64,000 nt of DNA from Tubiluchus corallicola (Eukaryota > Animalia > Priapulida), in the NCBI GenBank assembly GCA_030141605.1, contig JAQGDQ010000134.1, forward strand, positions 124,001 to 188,000. The letters run 5' to 3'. The notes under the pieces are model-generated. The model did not search any database. It was not told the origin of the DNA and worked only from the letters and a program-made list of their open reading frames with translations. The position numbers were made by a program, and so were the translations under genes. This document shows, piece by piece, positions 32,801 through 47,900 of this stretch (its first letter is position 1; each line of letters begins with the position of its first letter).

Positions 32801-33090
32801 CATATTTATTTTACTACTTCTGGACAATGCGGTAAAAATACTCATTCATGGGGTCATACATGAAACTGATACATGAGTGACGTTAAAGTCTGCATGACTA
32901 CATCATTAGTAATACACGTGGCAAATGATATCATGCTGCTTATGATAATTGTGCCCAAGACAACAATTAACGACATCACAGTACTCGTGATAAATAGCTG
33001 TGTAGTTAGAGTGCCTTGCACAAACTGACACACAAAAGAGCCCCACCACCAGACAGCCAGCTCTTTTAGCCTCTCGTTTTATATATACAT

Positions 33091-33124
<34 letters not shown>

Positions 33125-36100
33125 GCATATATATATTGTACATATTGTACACATATACATATATTGTATTGGCAGCTTTTGGCAATTGCACTATTTATAA
33201 AAATTGAAATAATCATGCAAAGCACAGTCACTAATGCAAATGAGTGTAAAATAATGCACATAAGATTTGCTTAAAAAGTGGTGTACTTTCCCGTGCAAAT
33301 GTGGGAAACGTGGCAGTAAAATACAGCAGATTCCTCATGTGCCATTTATGTGTCATCAAACTAACGGCAGGTCTCACCATCCAGAAAGAATGGCATCCCT
33401 ACTAAAACACTAGTGCATGTCTCCAACTCTCCATACTGTCCATAGTCATTAGGGAAAAAGCTTAGTATAGTAACATTCGTCTGCACAGTTACGTCAATAA
33501 ATAGAGCTCTTATCCTTATTGAATATTGATCTTAATCGCTTCGACAATAACTCTGCATTAACACCAAGAGCTGCCTAAATTATGCACTTAATTAATTAAT
33601 TTAAGTCACTTCAGCCTCAGCTTCATCCTCAAGAGTTCACTGACCCTATCGACATTGGTCTTTTCTATTGTTTCAGTTTATTTATAGGCAAAGCTGTAAA
33701 TGGAATCATTGTATGGACCCTGTCACCAGGGCTTCACAAATCCTGGCACCAGGGCTTCACAAATCCTGGCAGAACTGTCTGATGTTAACATTAGGCAAGT
33801 TCTTTTCTGGTTTTACGATGCTGCCTAATGCATGCAGAAATGTTTAGGTTCATTTAAACGAAAGGTCAAACCTTCTGGGAAGTTACAGCTTATTTCAAGG
33901 TTCGCTAAAAATGTTAGCAAGATCTAGTAATAAAAGTGTGGTCAACTCCTCATGTAATTAGTAAAATCACTTTAGTAAAGTTGCGATAACTTCACGGGTG
34001 GGTGCTCCCATTTTGAATATTCATTTTTCCACCACGTTGTTCATCGACTGAGGAAAAACATCACAGTGTCATTTTCAGTCAAAAGTACAATAAGCTTTTA
34101 CAAAAAATTAGAGAGTTAATGTTTTGGTATTTTTGTGTGAACATTAAGTAAGCTGCAGAAGTTTGAATTAGTTCAAATAGCGCACGCTTACGGAAAGCCA
34201 CAATGTGCTTACGAAAAGTCCACCAATTACATCATGATTTTCAAATGAATGGTGGCTATCACCGTGCCTGAAAATGTCTGTACCACAGTAGTATAGATTA
34301 CCTTTATGCTTTATAGACATTTTTTGCCAAATTTCTTTTCTTAAAGTTTTAGCGACCAACATGCTAAGTGACTTGTCCTTTCATGTAACAGTGCTTGTTG
34401 CTGAAATTTTCAATATCTAAGTTTCAAAATTGTTTATTTAATGCTGCTCTTTAGACTCTAACTTGAATGTGTAGAGGCTATTGTTTACTGATGAAATAAA
34501 CCAAGCTATATTGAGCTTTTTGAATCACGTCTGACCAAGAAGGCGAAAAGTTTCGTCAGGGCCTGGATTTAAACCAGTCACCACGACACAGTCAAATCAG
34601 AAAAATTATTTGAATCGTTAAAACAATTAATGCATATGCAAAAACAAAGAAAAAAAAAGCAAATTCACAGTTCAAAATTATTAATTTTAAGAACAATAAT
34701 TTAACATTTAATAATTACAGGAACCAAGAAACCTATTGGCCTGAATTCTTAGGAAGCATACAAAATTCAAGCTGCAAAAATAGTGTCAAATTTAGAACAA
34801 ACAAAAATTGGATAAAAATGGTCTCAGACAAACAGAAATAACAATTAGTAACTATTCGTGAACATTTATGTTACTTTTTATGCGAGACATATTCTTATTT
34901 AGATAATATCATAACTTGCAAATAAAAAACAGCTTGAAGATTTTGACAATGAAGACAGCCTAATGACGAATGAAAGAATAATTGAATGAACAAATAAAAA
35001 CAAATGCCACAAATAACTAGATAAGCAAATAAATAAACAGACATTTAACACTTGTTGTAGGTTTTGGATTATATGACTTCTCAGCTTTCTACAATATTAC
35101 AAGTTCTAGTCAATAAGGTTTCATACCAACTCTCTTTGTAGTTGCCGTGTGGTTTTTCAATTGCTTTTCCGGCAAAAATTTCTCTAAGCTCATGGCTTTA
35201 ATAGATGTCAAAATAAGAATCTAATCACAGATATTGATCTCACAGACTGCGATAACGTGGGACGCATCTTTCTGCTAATAATCCACACTCACTCTCATTG
35301 AAGCAACCGAGCATCGTAACCGACAGTGTCATGTGAGGCCAATGATGCGGAACTTGTTTGGATAATGTCAGAGCTTAAGGTTTACTTTTTCAAATGGTTA
35401 TGACACTTAAACACGGATGGTGACACTGTAACTAAAAGTACCAGAAAAATTTTTGAAATTTCTGATGAACAGCTTGCAAATGTGTATGTGAGCAGTTCAT
35501 TTATTATTGTGGGATAAATGTGAACTTGGCTTGATCTGCTTTTGGATGTACAAGTGCCTTAACTTAATCTTGCCCAATCTGCCGCCTGCCTGTGGCCAAT
35601 TACAGCTTTTGCGTTGTAATTCTATTTTTATTGAATTTTCTTCCTTACGTTGACAGACTGAGAGTATAAACTGCGAGTTTGATTTGCAAAATTGAGCTGC
35701 TGCCATGAGAGATGGGTTGCTGTAGAAACAGTCGTCTTAACAGCGTCAGATGACAGCATCAGTTCACTCTTATAGCATTTCGAACGACATTATTTGCATG
35801 TCTTTTTGTCTGAATTTTCTATGGTTCACTTATATTCCTCTGGTTGTCATTTATTGTCGATGCAGAATTGCATTATAGGCTGGAGTGTGTTTGTACTGTG
35901 CGCAGTTAAAAACAAAATAAAATGACATCAAAAGCGCAGTAAAGATTTTATGACATTTTTAAATAATGTTGAAATACAAACGGTTCAAAATTATGCAAAT
36001 CATAAAGCATTGTATAAAGCTAAATGGGATCGTAGTTTGGGAGACCGCATTTTATTGTATAAATTTTTGTTTAATGTGTAGCTTATAAATTATCCAATGC

Positions 36101-38925
36101 AGGACCATATTCCATATTTTCAAGTGACGAATAATTGTTTGGATGAACCATTATCATCATCACAATGTTGTGAGGTCTTGCATACCTGTTCTACCACTGC
36201 CAAGCACTACTACTGTCTGTCATGTTTCACAATGCACCGTTGTACTTGACAACTTTTACAAGGTTTGAATAAGACAGAAAGAGCAAGAATTTTAATAGGG
36301 ATATTTAAATTTCTCCTGAAAATCTTTTTGGCCAAAGTTGAATATGACATTGCCCTGGTTTGTTGACTACTATAAAGTTGGATTCTCCAAATACGCGCTG
36401 ATTGTCTTCTAATTTCTTCAATTTCTTCTGCGTTTGTTGAAATGTAGGAAATTTCGTCAGCATGCTGTAGTAAATGTTCTCTGTCAGTTCCAGAATTAAT
36501 ATCCCATTCATTCAAATTTTCTTAATAACTTCTGTTTGTTTGTTTATTGTCCAGACTATTTCAGTACATTTTGCCAGCCAGTAAAACTAATAACAGTTTG
36601 ATAAGCTGCCACCTTGGCAGATCTGGACGTCGCAAGTCTAGGCTTATCGATCGCTGCAGTAAAACATTTAATTGCTGTTTAATTGTGTTAGTCAGTATTT
36701 GCTGGTGAAGGAAAAACAAAAGAGAATTATCCTACCACAACCATCTCAGCCAAGCTGGAAGGTATATATTTACCATTTCCGACACCGATTTCGCATTTCG
36801 ATGGAGAATCTGTGTTTTACAATGAACAAAAATGGTTTACCATCTAGTGACATCTGATACAACAGTGGCAACAGAAGCAAACAGAAGTGTTCTGACAGTC
36901 TACAGACAGCATGAGTTTGGTTTCAAACCTTTGAATTCAAAAGTAACTAACAAGCAATCAAAAGCTTGTCATGTCCATCTCAGTATTGTAATCGGAGTAA
37001 TAAATTAACAGCAATAAATTCGTATACAAACATCATCGAAAGTAACAGTTGTCAGCAATATAGCTTAATAAAGTTAATAATAGTGCGCAAATGCAAAAGT
37101 ACAACGTTCTAAAGATTCCACTTTAATTTTGAATAACTCTGGAAAGAACTCTTCCTCACACTGTAGAGATGACAGTTCATGCATTGCTACATCAAAGAAT
37201 AAACACCACAGAAAGTAAAGAAAGCCTACTGCGCAACAGTTTGCGCAGTTAGTGTTGCCCTAGCGGCACAGCAGTACGGACTGTTGTTGTCAGGTACGCT
37301 ATAGCGCAAGCTGTTCGTGCAACGATGAGATCACCAAAGCCAGGCCTGTCGACAGGCGCTCATAACTTGTTCAGTAGTGAGTTGCAAAAACACAAATAAA
37401 AATATCTTTTTAAATTTCCTGAGGATGCAGCCAGATAATTATATCAAAATGCTAATTATAACACAGTTTTGTAACTTTTGTTACAAGCTAAATATTTTTA
37501 CACTAGGCAAAGACTGCCTACATCTGTCTTTGGCGATTTACAGTAGCTGTTATATTTTTGAACATTACTTAAAGCAAACATAAGGCACTAAGAATAACTA
37601 GTAGTTAAAATAAAAACTATTATATTCATATCTCTTGAAAATTAATAGGTTTATTTACAAAAGAAGTTAAAGAAAGTTGATCATAAAGAAAGTTTGCAAA
37701 TACCTGGCCCTTGATGTATTCTATTTCAGGAGAAATATTTTTTCTAAAAAACATTCCAATTTAATTAATATGTTCTTATCAGGAAATATAACTTAAAGAA
37801 ATATTAGGCCTGACTTTCATGTGTAATACCTTTCGTAGAAAAAAATCGATTTTTTCAGAAGAGCAAAATAATTTTTCCAGAACAAAACTTAATCTAAGCA
37901 TCTGCATGTTTTGTTAATTCTAAGTTAAACAATGTTTAAAAAAAACACATAATCATACATTGGCTTTGTTGTGAGTTGGAGTTGGTTATAAAATCACATT
38001 GAACAAACGGAGATGGATTTACGACATTACTCGTCTTTTTTATTGTCAGTGAACAAAAAATAACAAAACAAAACATCAGAGTTGCCATCCTGAGCAGCCG
38101 ACATTACTTCCGCCTCTATAACAACCAACTAACTAGGTCAAAATCAAGTTACAGAATTCAGGTGAGAAGCCTACCTGGCGCATAAATTAGAATCTGCAGA
38201 CAGGTCATGACACCTTATATGTCATGTGTAGACGACACTTACATTTAGCCTAATTCTTTAAGATTCAGTTAGGCTTACGTCAAAATAAATGTGCATTAAA
38301 TACAGTTTGTTTAGGTGTAAAAAATGTACTTGTATAAGCGTACTAATAAAACACCTTTGGCTAAATCCACAGACAAAGTCTTGATAAATAATGTATTTAT
38401 TGATGGGCTTAAATTAATTGATTTTGTAGGCCTAGGTGCTAAGGGCAATCAGTTTATATTGTTAAATATATAGGCTCAGGTTCATAGAATCTGTGCATGT
38501 AATAATGCATACATCATACATGTATATGGGTGTATGTGCATGGGTGTATCAGGACGTTACGACGCCTTAGGTTAGCAGTTCAGTCCTACTCATCTCTACT
38601 ACTGTACATATGAAGCACCGTATGCAATTACTTGTTGTGTGCGTGTGTGTGTGCATTATTTATATACAAACCTTCAATATAATATGTGTAATTATATAGA
38701 TTAATTGCAGGGCACGTAAATGGGTGCAATTTTTAATGTGCCAAAAACGCCACCTTGCATTGGAGTAAAATGACCAAGAAACAAATGGCAAAACCTTCAA
38801 CAAAAGGAAAAGAAGGATCTGTGTGTGTGTGTGTGTGTATGTGCGTGCGTGCGTGTGTGCGTGCGTGAGTCTGTCTGTCTCTGTCCCTCCCTCTTACTGT
38901 CTCTCTTTCTCTCCCTCCCTCTCTC

Positions 38926-38969
<44 letters not shown>

Positions 38970-41900
38970 CCTGTCCTTCTCTCTTTCTCCCTCCATCTCT
39001 TTCTCTCTAAGAGAAGCAAGAGATAAATAAATCATTGAAAAAAGTCATTACCTTTTTACATAGTAGGCAGCCCATCACGCGGTCAGATAGCCTCTTTCCT
39101 TAGGAAGAACAGTAAAATTTTACTTACAAGAAAACTGATGAAGTATTTGCAAGTACATAATACAAACTTACTGCTACAACTGTTTTTGGTTTTCATGAAA
39201 TGTTTTTAGTTTTGTAAACTAATAATTACTTTTATTTGAGATATTCTTCTTTTATTAAAAATGCAAAAGTGATTTTGGCTTATCAAAATTGCACGTGTAC
39301 CAACTTTATTGGTGAACTTAAGAATATTATTATTCCAGTCAATGCGCGGCTCAAAAGTTTTTAATCATCCGCTGTTTGATGCCGCCAGCTTAGCCGCTAA
39401 TCGCAAAAACGAAATACGTAACAATAGGCATCTTTCGTCACTTCCTCTTTTTACACTTTGGCTACATTGTCTCCAATCTCATGTTTTCAACTTTTGACAT
39501 TTTTATTTTGCTGTAGGTTATTCTGGTGAAGTGGAATGAGCCGTACCAGAAATTAGCTACCTGTGATGCAAATGGCATCATCTTCGTATGGATTAAATAC
39601 GAGGGGCGCTGGTCCATAGAACTCATTAATGACCGAAATGTGCAGGTAATCTGTTTGCCTATGTACCTGGTGTCATTAAAAAATCCTGTCAAAAATAAAG
39701 TTGTGTCATATTCAATAATTTTTCATCCTTCCCACTTGCTTTGTGGTCTAGGGCGCTATGCAGCAAATCGCAGACTGATGTGATTTAGATTGCAAAAGTT
39801 GCAAATTTTGTTTTGTTCCTGTTCTCCTCAATCTTACATTAAGTAAAGACATAAAAGTAAGTACCCCTGTAGCTAAAATTTTGGTAGGATGTTACGATTT
39901 AGTGACTGAAAATGTGGCAGAGCAGTACAAGTGTCAGATTATTATTGTCAGATCTATTTTCGTGACATTAAAATGCATTAATTACGATCCACTGATCAGG
40001 AGCAATAATTAATGCTTTGATTTTTTAGTACCATTTTTCAGTGGAAGTAACACTAGACCTTATTACAAATACTTTTATGTAAGTTTAGTCATTAATTTGA
40101 TATTAGTCATTAGTTTCCACCTGCAAGCTTAAATATAGCTATTGCTTTATTGTAAGTTTAAAGCCTAAGCTAGCGATATAGCCTTTCATTTCTTTTGAAC
40201 TATTTTGGCAGGTCACAGATTTTGCATGGTCTCATGATGGTCGCATGGCACTGATCTGCTACAAGGATGGTTTTGTACTGGTTGGCTCGGTGGCCGGACA
40301 GAGGTTTTGGTCATCCATGCTAAACTTGGAGAGCACGATTACCTGTGGAGCTTGGACACCAGATGATCAACAGGTGAATAATGTTATGTGTGTATGAATG
40401 TGCTTCATGTGTGTGTAACAAGGCAGTATGTCTTTTTAGTAACTTACTTATATAGGAAAACGGAAATCTTAATCAATCCAAGCTGTGCTTCATAAACTTC
40501 TTGAAAGCCACCAGGTTCTAATCAAGAATTGTTTTGACATGCTGGGGCAAAAAGCCTAGCTTACGTTGACTGCCTGTGGCATGGCTTCACACTTGGCTTC
40601 TTTTTAATAATTTACTAATAGCTGGATTACCTACTAAGCAGTCAGCTATCAAGTAGGTGTAAACAAAGTTGCATGTGGCAATAATAATTTGCTTTTTACT
40701 TTTAGTAGTATTCTGGACTGTAATCACACATCAGCCATGCGAAGTATATGCACATTTTCAGCTGTCGCGTTATATTTTTTGCAAAGATGCCCCTTCTCTG
40801 CTCTCACTCGGCGCAAATACCTCTTCGTTAATCTCAAATCTCATCTAATTCGCAGTAAATCCCTAGTTTAATGTCTACATGATTGAGTTACTAATCATCG
40901 GCAGGCCTGATTGCCTTTGCTTTTATTAGATGCTTAGCCACAGCAGGATTCATAAAACAGTCATGCACAGACTTCATGCATAGACTATGTTAAACAAAAA
41001 AAGTTATTTTGGATAACTCCTGCAACATCTCTAGGCAACAGTCAATAAATACTTGGACATTTGTTGTCGTTTTACAGGCTGTGACTGGCTTAATTTGGCT
41101 AACATTGTAAGTAATGCATTATGCATCTTATCAATTTGTTGCCTAAGAATTTTTGCTGTGATAGTGTCAACTGTTTTTTGATCACTTTGATTATATAATG
41201 CGAATTTTGCCATTCATTTGCAAAACAATTGTGACATTTATTAGTTCACCTAGGTTGAATCTCGGAGAGTTTATATTTATGTATAACTTGAAGAAAGATG
41301 ACACCAGAATGGTTCCTTGAGGCACACCATTTGTATTCCTCAAGTACTTTGCTGTGCCCATTATTCAGGGTATCTACATATGTGCTTTATCGCAAAAGTA
41401 GGGCATTTCTTACACTCCATACATTTTGCTTCGATGTATGTGCTTTCAAAAGGTCTTTTTGCCTGCAGAAAGAGAAAAGAATAATTAAATTACACGCCAT
41501 TACAAATGCTCAATAAAACCACATGTGCATTCACTGAATGTGGCTTAAAGGCTTACAGATAATGCATTTTACAAATCTGTTCCCGTTACTGAAGCCTGAA
41601 ATCCCTGTACAGAAAAACATTATCCTGCTAGATCCCAGCATTTTCCTTAGAAAGCTTGTCGTGTTAGAACACAGGATTTATTGATTGAATTCGCCAATCG
41701 CCTTGTTGCTTTTGCTCACAAAAATTCAAGCAGACAAGTAAAGATTTGCGCTTGAGTGTAAACCCTGCTGGGCATGAGGAGCCGATCGACACGTAAAATA
41801 GTCGTTGATTTTCAAGGAATGAGGCAGCTTACAGATGTACAACTGTGAAAGAAATGGCAGTAGTGTATTTCCAACTGACGTGAAAACATGGGCTTATCAG

Positions 41901-44900
41901 TTTGTTGAAACTTAACAGATTTTTTATGATGAGACTAAACTAATATCTAAATCAGTTTAAATATATTTTTCTCTTACATATTTTAATTTTAACATGTTAT
42001 AATATAGTTTAGAAAGTATTGTACATGAAGTATTACACATTAGAAAAAAACCATGGTACATAGTATCTAGTGCCTACACCGCCTAAACAAATTTACCTTA
42101 ATTAACAATCAACTTGTGGGTCCACTTATGCCTGAACTTTAGTGTTGTATTTTTTCTCTGCCTGGTTGTACAGGCATCACACTCATGTACACTGTACACA
42201 CACTGTAATTTGTTTTAAGTTCACTGACTGACTGACTGACTCACCCACTCACTCATCTACATTGCTGCAAAGAAGTTTATAGTAAAGTTTGGGAAAATAC
42301 TTACGCTAAATTAACCTAATTATTAGTTAAAACCAGGAGTATTGAGTAATCGCTGCGAAAATCGGATTTATGAATGCATTGTTGTCTGATCAATTGTCAG
42401 TGGAATGGACAGTTTATAATGTATAATATTATAATCACTTATGTAGTTGGTATAGTTACATCCAGGCAGGCAAGTTAAATAACGTATGATCATATGAACA
42501 CATTTGTACTCCACCTTTAATGTAGTAACCTTTGATATTAATGTTGTCATAATAATCTTAGCATTACCCGGTGCATTAAATGTTGGCTCTAGTTACGGGG
42601 TATACATTAAATATACATGTCTGCATAATGTCTTGTGTCGCAATTTAACATACATGCAGAGATTTTTATCTTGAAAAAACATTCCTTTCTATTGGCCTTG
42701 GGTGCTGTAGAAAAAGATCGGCATAGGAAACAACTAAACAAGTCACCTCTCCAGAATGGCGCAGATTATAGAGTTACTTAGTTTTCTCAGTTTGAATGAT
42801 GATTCTAAGCTTTTGCTAGTTTATCAGTTTTACTAGTCGTATTGGAGTTCTACTTCACTTCACTTGTTATTCTTTATAGGTCAAATTCAATGTAAAGTCA
42901 AGTTTTCTTTAAGTAAAGTATCTAACCGTAAACTTAAAATTTGACAGTAGTTTTATTGAATTTCATGGCTTCCTTCCTAATAAAGTCGGGCCCTGAAATT
43001 AAATTTTCCCTCCAAAACATTCTGTTCGGTTTTGCTCGCGCAGTTTCAGAAAATCACAGGCTAAACAAATATGCTAGCAATGGTTTCCTTGGATGCCATG
43101 TCGTTTCTGTGACGCTGGATTTCTAAACAATGCTACACAGCGAAATGTGACAGGTGATAGGCAAGCTCAGATGCTGGCGTCATTAAGGACTAAGGAGTTC
43201 CTGACATCATCCAACAAGCAAAACGCGCAAAATAAAGTTCCAGGTTTTCTTTGGAAATAACACCTTCACACCAGATTTTCTCTTATATAAACCACCAAGG
43301 AAAAGTTACAACTATCAGGAAATCTTACTGAGAAAATTTTCTTTCTGTTTTTGTGTAAAACTGAAACTTCGTAAGTACGCTGTATTTGACCCTTAATTAT
43401 CTATCCAAAAAAGTTGATAAATGCTTGAATACAGTCAGCAAGAAGAATGCAACAGCAAATAGGTTGTAGGTTTCGTAAATTCTTCTACTTATGACAATCT
43501 TGAAATGCCTACCCTTCTTATATACATGTTTTATGCAAGCTTTGACAGAAAAAGCAACTATTACCAAAACTGATTAATTACTGAGCAATTTATTTGAATC
43601 TGAGGCATGCTTGTCTGAACTTTTGCTTAGACGTGAAAAAGGACACTTTCCAAATTTGTGCCAATTGCTTTACCATCTGTCTCAGGCTAGATATGCAAGA
43701 TAAATATGATGTGTCTGGATTCTATTACACCTAATTCAATATTTTCAGTAGATTTCCTAGGCCCGAGGCTATCTATACCTTTCATGTAAACTTTATTAGA
43801 TCATATCATCGACCGTTCTGCATCGCCACCCCGCGAACAAATCAATTTTGATCCTGTCCTGTTGTCAGCCATCTTATTTGCATAACAACTTACATGCGAA
43901 TTCCGTTTTCTTCTCATTTACTGCTTGTTTACATTGGCAAAATGGTCGTCATGGTGACAAATTCCAGGCCCCGTTCTTAGGCTAGTTTTGATAAGGCTAG
44001 TTTTGATAGTCATTCGGCTGCTATTTCACAGTAATTATTGGTAAATCAATTTGGAAGCATTTTTCATTCTCAGGTTTTCGTGACCTGAAGTGTGTGCTGA
44101 ATTCTTAAATTTATCATTGTAACTACCTAAACTAACCCACTTGGTTCGGAACTCTGGACTGTGTGAATTATATACACAGTGATATATGTGTACACATTTC
44201 GTTTGTTACTGTGTTACTGTTATATATTTACACATTTCATTTGTTACTGTGTTACTGTTTGTTTATTTGTTTGTTTATGCTTTGCAAACATTGCATAAAT
44301 TAAGTCCTTGCACAGAGTGTACTTGGGAAATAGGTTCAACTGCAGTGCGTACTGCATACAGACTGCAAACCATTGTAACACAGGGCCTTATATTCAGCCA
44401 TACTAAAATATCTGTAACGGTTACTTAGTAGGCGTACTTATTCATTTTTACGTTTGTATCATGTTTAAACTGTTATGTTTAAACTCATCAAAAATGTTTC
44501 AATAAATCCACAAATTTCCCTGTGAGGGACCAGCTGACACTTTTCCATATTGCAGTCAAGGTTTTTGGTGCTGGTCCTTGCATCATTGTTGTACATAATT
44601 GTACACATTGTTGTACACCTTTTACATAACTATCCAGACCCCAAAAAAATTTTGCTCATAAACCACTCACACCACATCACATCATCACACAATCCACACC
44701 ACATGACCAGTACCACACCTTTCATGCCACACCACACACACCATATCACATTTTACATTTGTCATGAGTTGTTTAATTTGGGTTTACAGACTATCTACAA
44801 CCTTACACAAATAATCAAAATTTTACCTTAAATAAACACATGACTATGGACTATGCACATTTGCAAAATCTATAGCTATTATACCCAAATTTATTCACAA

Positions 44901-47900
44901 GATTTTTGTTTTTATATTATTACTAATAATAGGTTGAAATCCTAATTGATTTTGTTCTTTACCAGAACTTCTATTATAGGTTTTTCTACGAAAGTTAAAA
45001 AAATCTATTAAGCGTACATGAAATGAAGTATTTTAACCATAAATATATCTACTATTGCTATAATCTGTGTGTTGAACTAACGAAACCTCTGTTGACTAAT
45101 TTCCGTTCAGTCCATTGACTCTGACTCGGCAGCTGAAAATGCGTATTATCCTGCGCTCCTGTAAAATGGGCAAATAACGTTTTATGGATTGTAAAAATTG
45201 GGCATTCTTCTTCGTTTCTCGCTGCGGCAATGGACTCCAGCGGCTATAAAGATGCTTTTGGCGTGGGATTATTTGTCATTTGCAAGATTGAAATGATGAA
45301 CTTCGCAAAACTGGCGACTTTTCTTCGCCATGAATATCATTTCCACTTCATTTATTTTGTATTGGCTTGAAATTCTGGTGGTGTAGAGTAATGGTCCGCT
45401 TGAGAAAACGCTAGCTTGCCAATAGAAACTATGGTGGCGCCACTAGTAGCTGACTGGAATTTGACCTGTGGGTTTTGACTATATAGCTCTATATAAAATA
45501 AGTTTTGTCAAGGGGAAGATCTTTTTTGGCATCTATTAAACAAATAGTGATTTTATACATATTTAATAGTGTTTTTATTTGGTGTGTTTTTGTGTTTTTC
45601 TATATGCTTCTTTCCTTTTTAAGTGCAATATCTCTTAATGTTACTAATATAATAAAATGCCCAAAAATAGTATTAATAAATTTCCGTAATCTTTTTTTCT
45701 TATTCTTTTGTCCGAGATAAACTACTGTGGCAGTTTAAAACGTCAATTTTTTTCATAATTCTTAATTGCGAGCGGGACATTTTTCCTTTATCGTGTGAGC
45801 GGCCCTATTTTTTTCTCAAAAACAATCCCTCTGTAAAAGGCCATTTCCTTTCCTTTTGATTTCTCATGAATTTTTAAAATCTCATTAAATTTCCAGCTAA
45901 ATTAATTGTTGACGTTACTGTAGGTGTACTTTGGAACCAGCGATGGTCAGTTAATAGTGATGGACATTAATGGCGCCATGGTTGGTCAAGTGACGTTGGC
46001 TGATGATGTGGAAATTGTTGCCATGGCCTGGTCTTGCGAAAAGTTCAAAATGGATGAAACAGATGGAGAAGAGCCGCTAAGAGACATGCTGGGCATCAGT
46101 AGGCCAACAGGTAATGAGTCAAATGGTTTTGCAAGTTATTTTAACCGAATTTTGATAAAAATTATTGTTAATCATCTAATATTGACAGTACATTTAGGAT
46201 TCATAGGAGCCGTATACATGTTCATGGGTGCCGGCAGGCGCACGCACTGACGCATGTGCGTCCACAAAATAAAGTTTTTTAGCAGTAAACCAAGACACAC
46301 ATCAACCCCTTGTTTGTTTGCGCAATCCCCAAGCAGTCAGCTGATTTGCATAGTGAAGTTATGTTTATGTATATTACTTACATAGTGTCTATTCTCTTAT
46401 CGATTTCTGTTGTCTAGACAGTTTTTAGCTAACTGTAACTGCACTTCTGCATTTAAGGGGTGGGCCCAAGGGGCCTGGTCCCCCTTTCACGTTAATAATG
46501 AAATTGTGATTCCTGAGTTTGAGGTGAACTTGCCTGAGGAAATAGCTTGTAGCAACCACAAAATGGTCTGTAATGCAGTAAAACTGCATTTAGCTGTGTC
46601 CAGTGGGAAAAATTAACGTGCATGCAAACATATTGAATTTTGTATGAATAGTGGGTGGGCTGTAAACTTAACAGTCTCAGATCAGTTTTATGTTTGACTA
46701 TTCATAGTATTACTAGTATTACTATTTAAGTAATGGGTCATCCGCATTGCCATGCATTACAAACTTGCTTTTAAGATATATGACTACTACAATAGAATAC
46801 AATGAATATTATCTATGTAAATGTAGGTAAAATATATTTATCAAGGCACAATTTTTTCACGTTTGAGGAGTTCTATGTACCAGAATTTTGATCTCTTTTG
46901 AGGCCTTCAAAATACCTTAAATACAGGAAAATGTGTTGGTGGAGCTTAGGGGAGCTCCCACTGGGGGAGCTTACAGCGCTAACCCAAACCCCCTAGTTGT
47001 TTGCGCATCCAATTTTTTAAAGTCTGGAGGCACCCATGCGAATGTTCACTTTATTAGTGACAAATTTATTTTTCGTGATGTGAAAGTATTTCGATTAAAT
47101 CATTTCATTTTAAAAATGTAGATTGCATAGTACATATTTTTGCATGACTATTAAATATGCACAGATTGCCTGACTACAGTGGTGTCCAAAAATGATTCTC
47201 GGAAAAGGTGGTCCCTGCATTACTGGCACTGGTCCATAACCCCTGTTAGAATGCTTAGATGATAATCTGAGGAAACTAGTCCAGTTGAACGAGCAAATGC
47301 CATAAATTTCATTACGTGCAAATTTTCCTGCTAAAATAACCTGAAAATTTTCTCTTGATTCTAAAACTGCAGCTGACGTCAATTAATCAGAGTTATGCTA
47401 GCACATAATTACCATATTTAAACCTTGTAATTAATGGCTGACAGCAAATATGCTCTTAATCCTCTTATGTGTGTTAAAAATGGTGGATTCATGCTACTTT
47501 TCTCGAGATTTATGAATAATGGATCATTTATTCTCCCTATAATAACTTTGCGCATTATATTCAGTTCAGGGAAAATTTCTTTCATCAGTCACTAATCAAC
47601 CTGGACGTCTTGTCTACACTTATGGGTTTTTCTTCGCAACCTTAAGCTGTGTTTATTTGCAAGGTAAACAAGCATATTTACCAAGTTCATCATTGTGATG
47701 TTGCTATCATGTCGTAGTTAATAAACATCAGGCGATTTCTGATTGACAGTCCAGACTGGACGAGTGAGTGTTAAGGACAGTTCAGACTTGACAGAGTGCC
47801 TGGGACATTCTAGACTCGACAGTCGGGATTTGGAACAGTCCCGACTAGATTAGTGACTACTCTGAACCATTAACTAGTTAGTGGATGTTATTGCACCAGC

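Noticed and set aside
38823-39026. CVCV/SLSL ORFs (also 32906-33261)
   Set aside because: Translations of dinucleotide microsatellites.
44550-44831. His-rich ORF suggestive of a metal-binding peptide
   Set aside because: Arises from a low-complexity CACAC/CATCA tract, starts at a non-ATG codon, and has no splice or homology support.
47745-47870. CRISPR-like repeat/spacer pattern
   Set aside because: Repeats are short and degenerate, linkers are only 11-14 nt, there are no cas genes, and the context is a eukaryotic intron.
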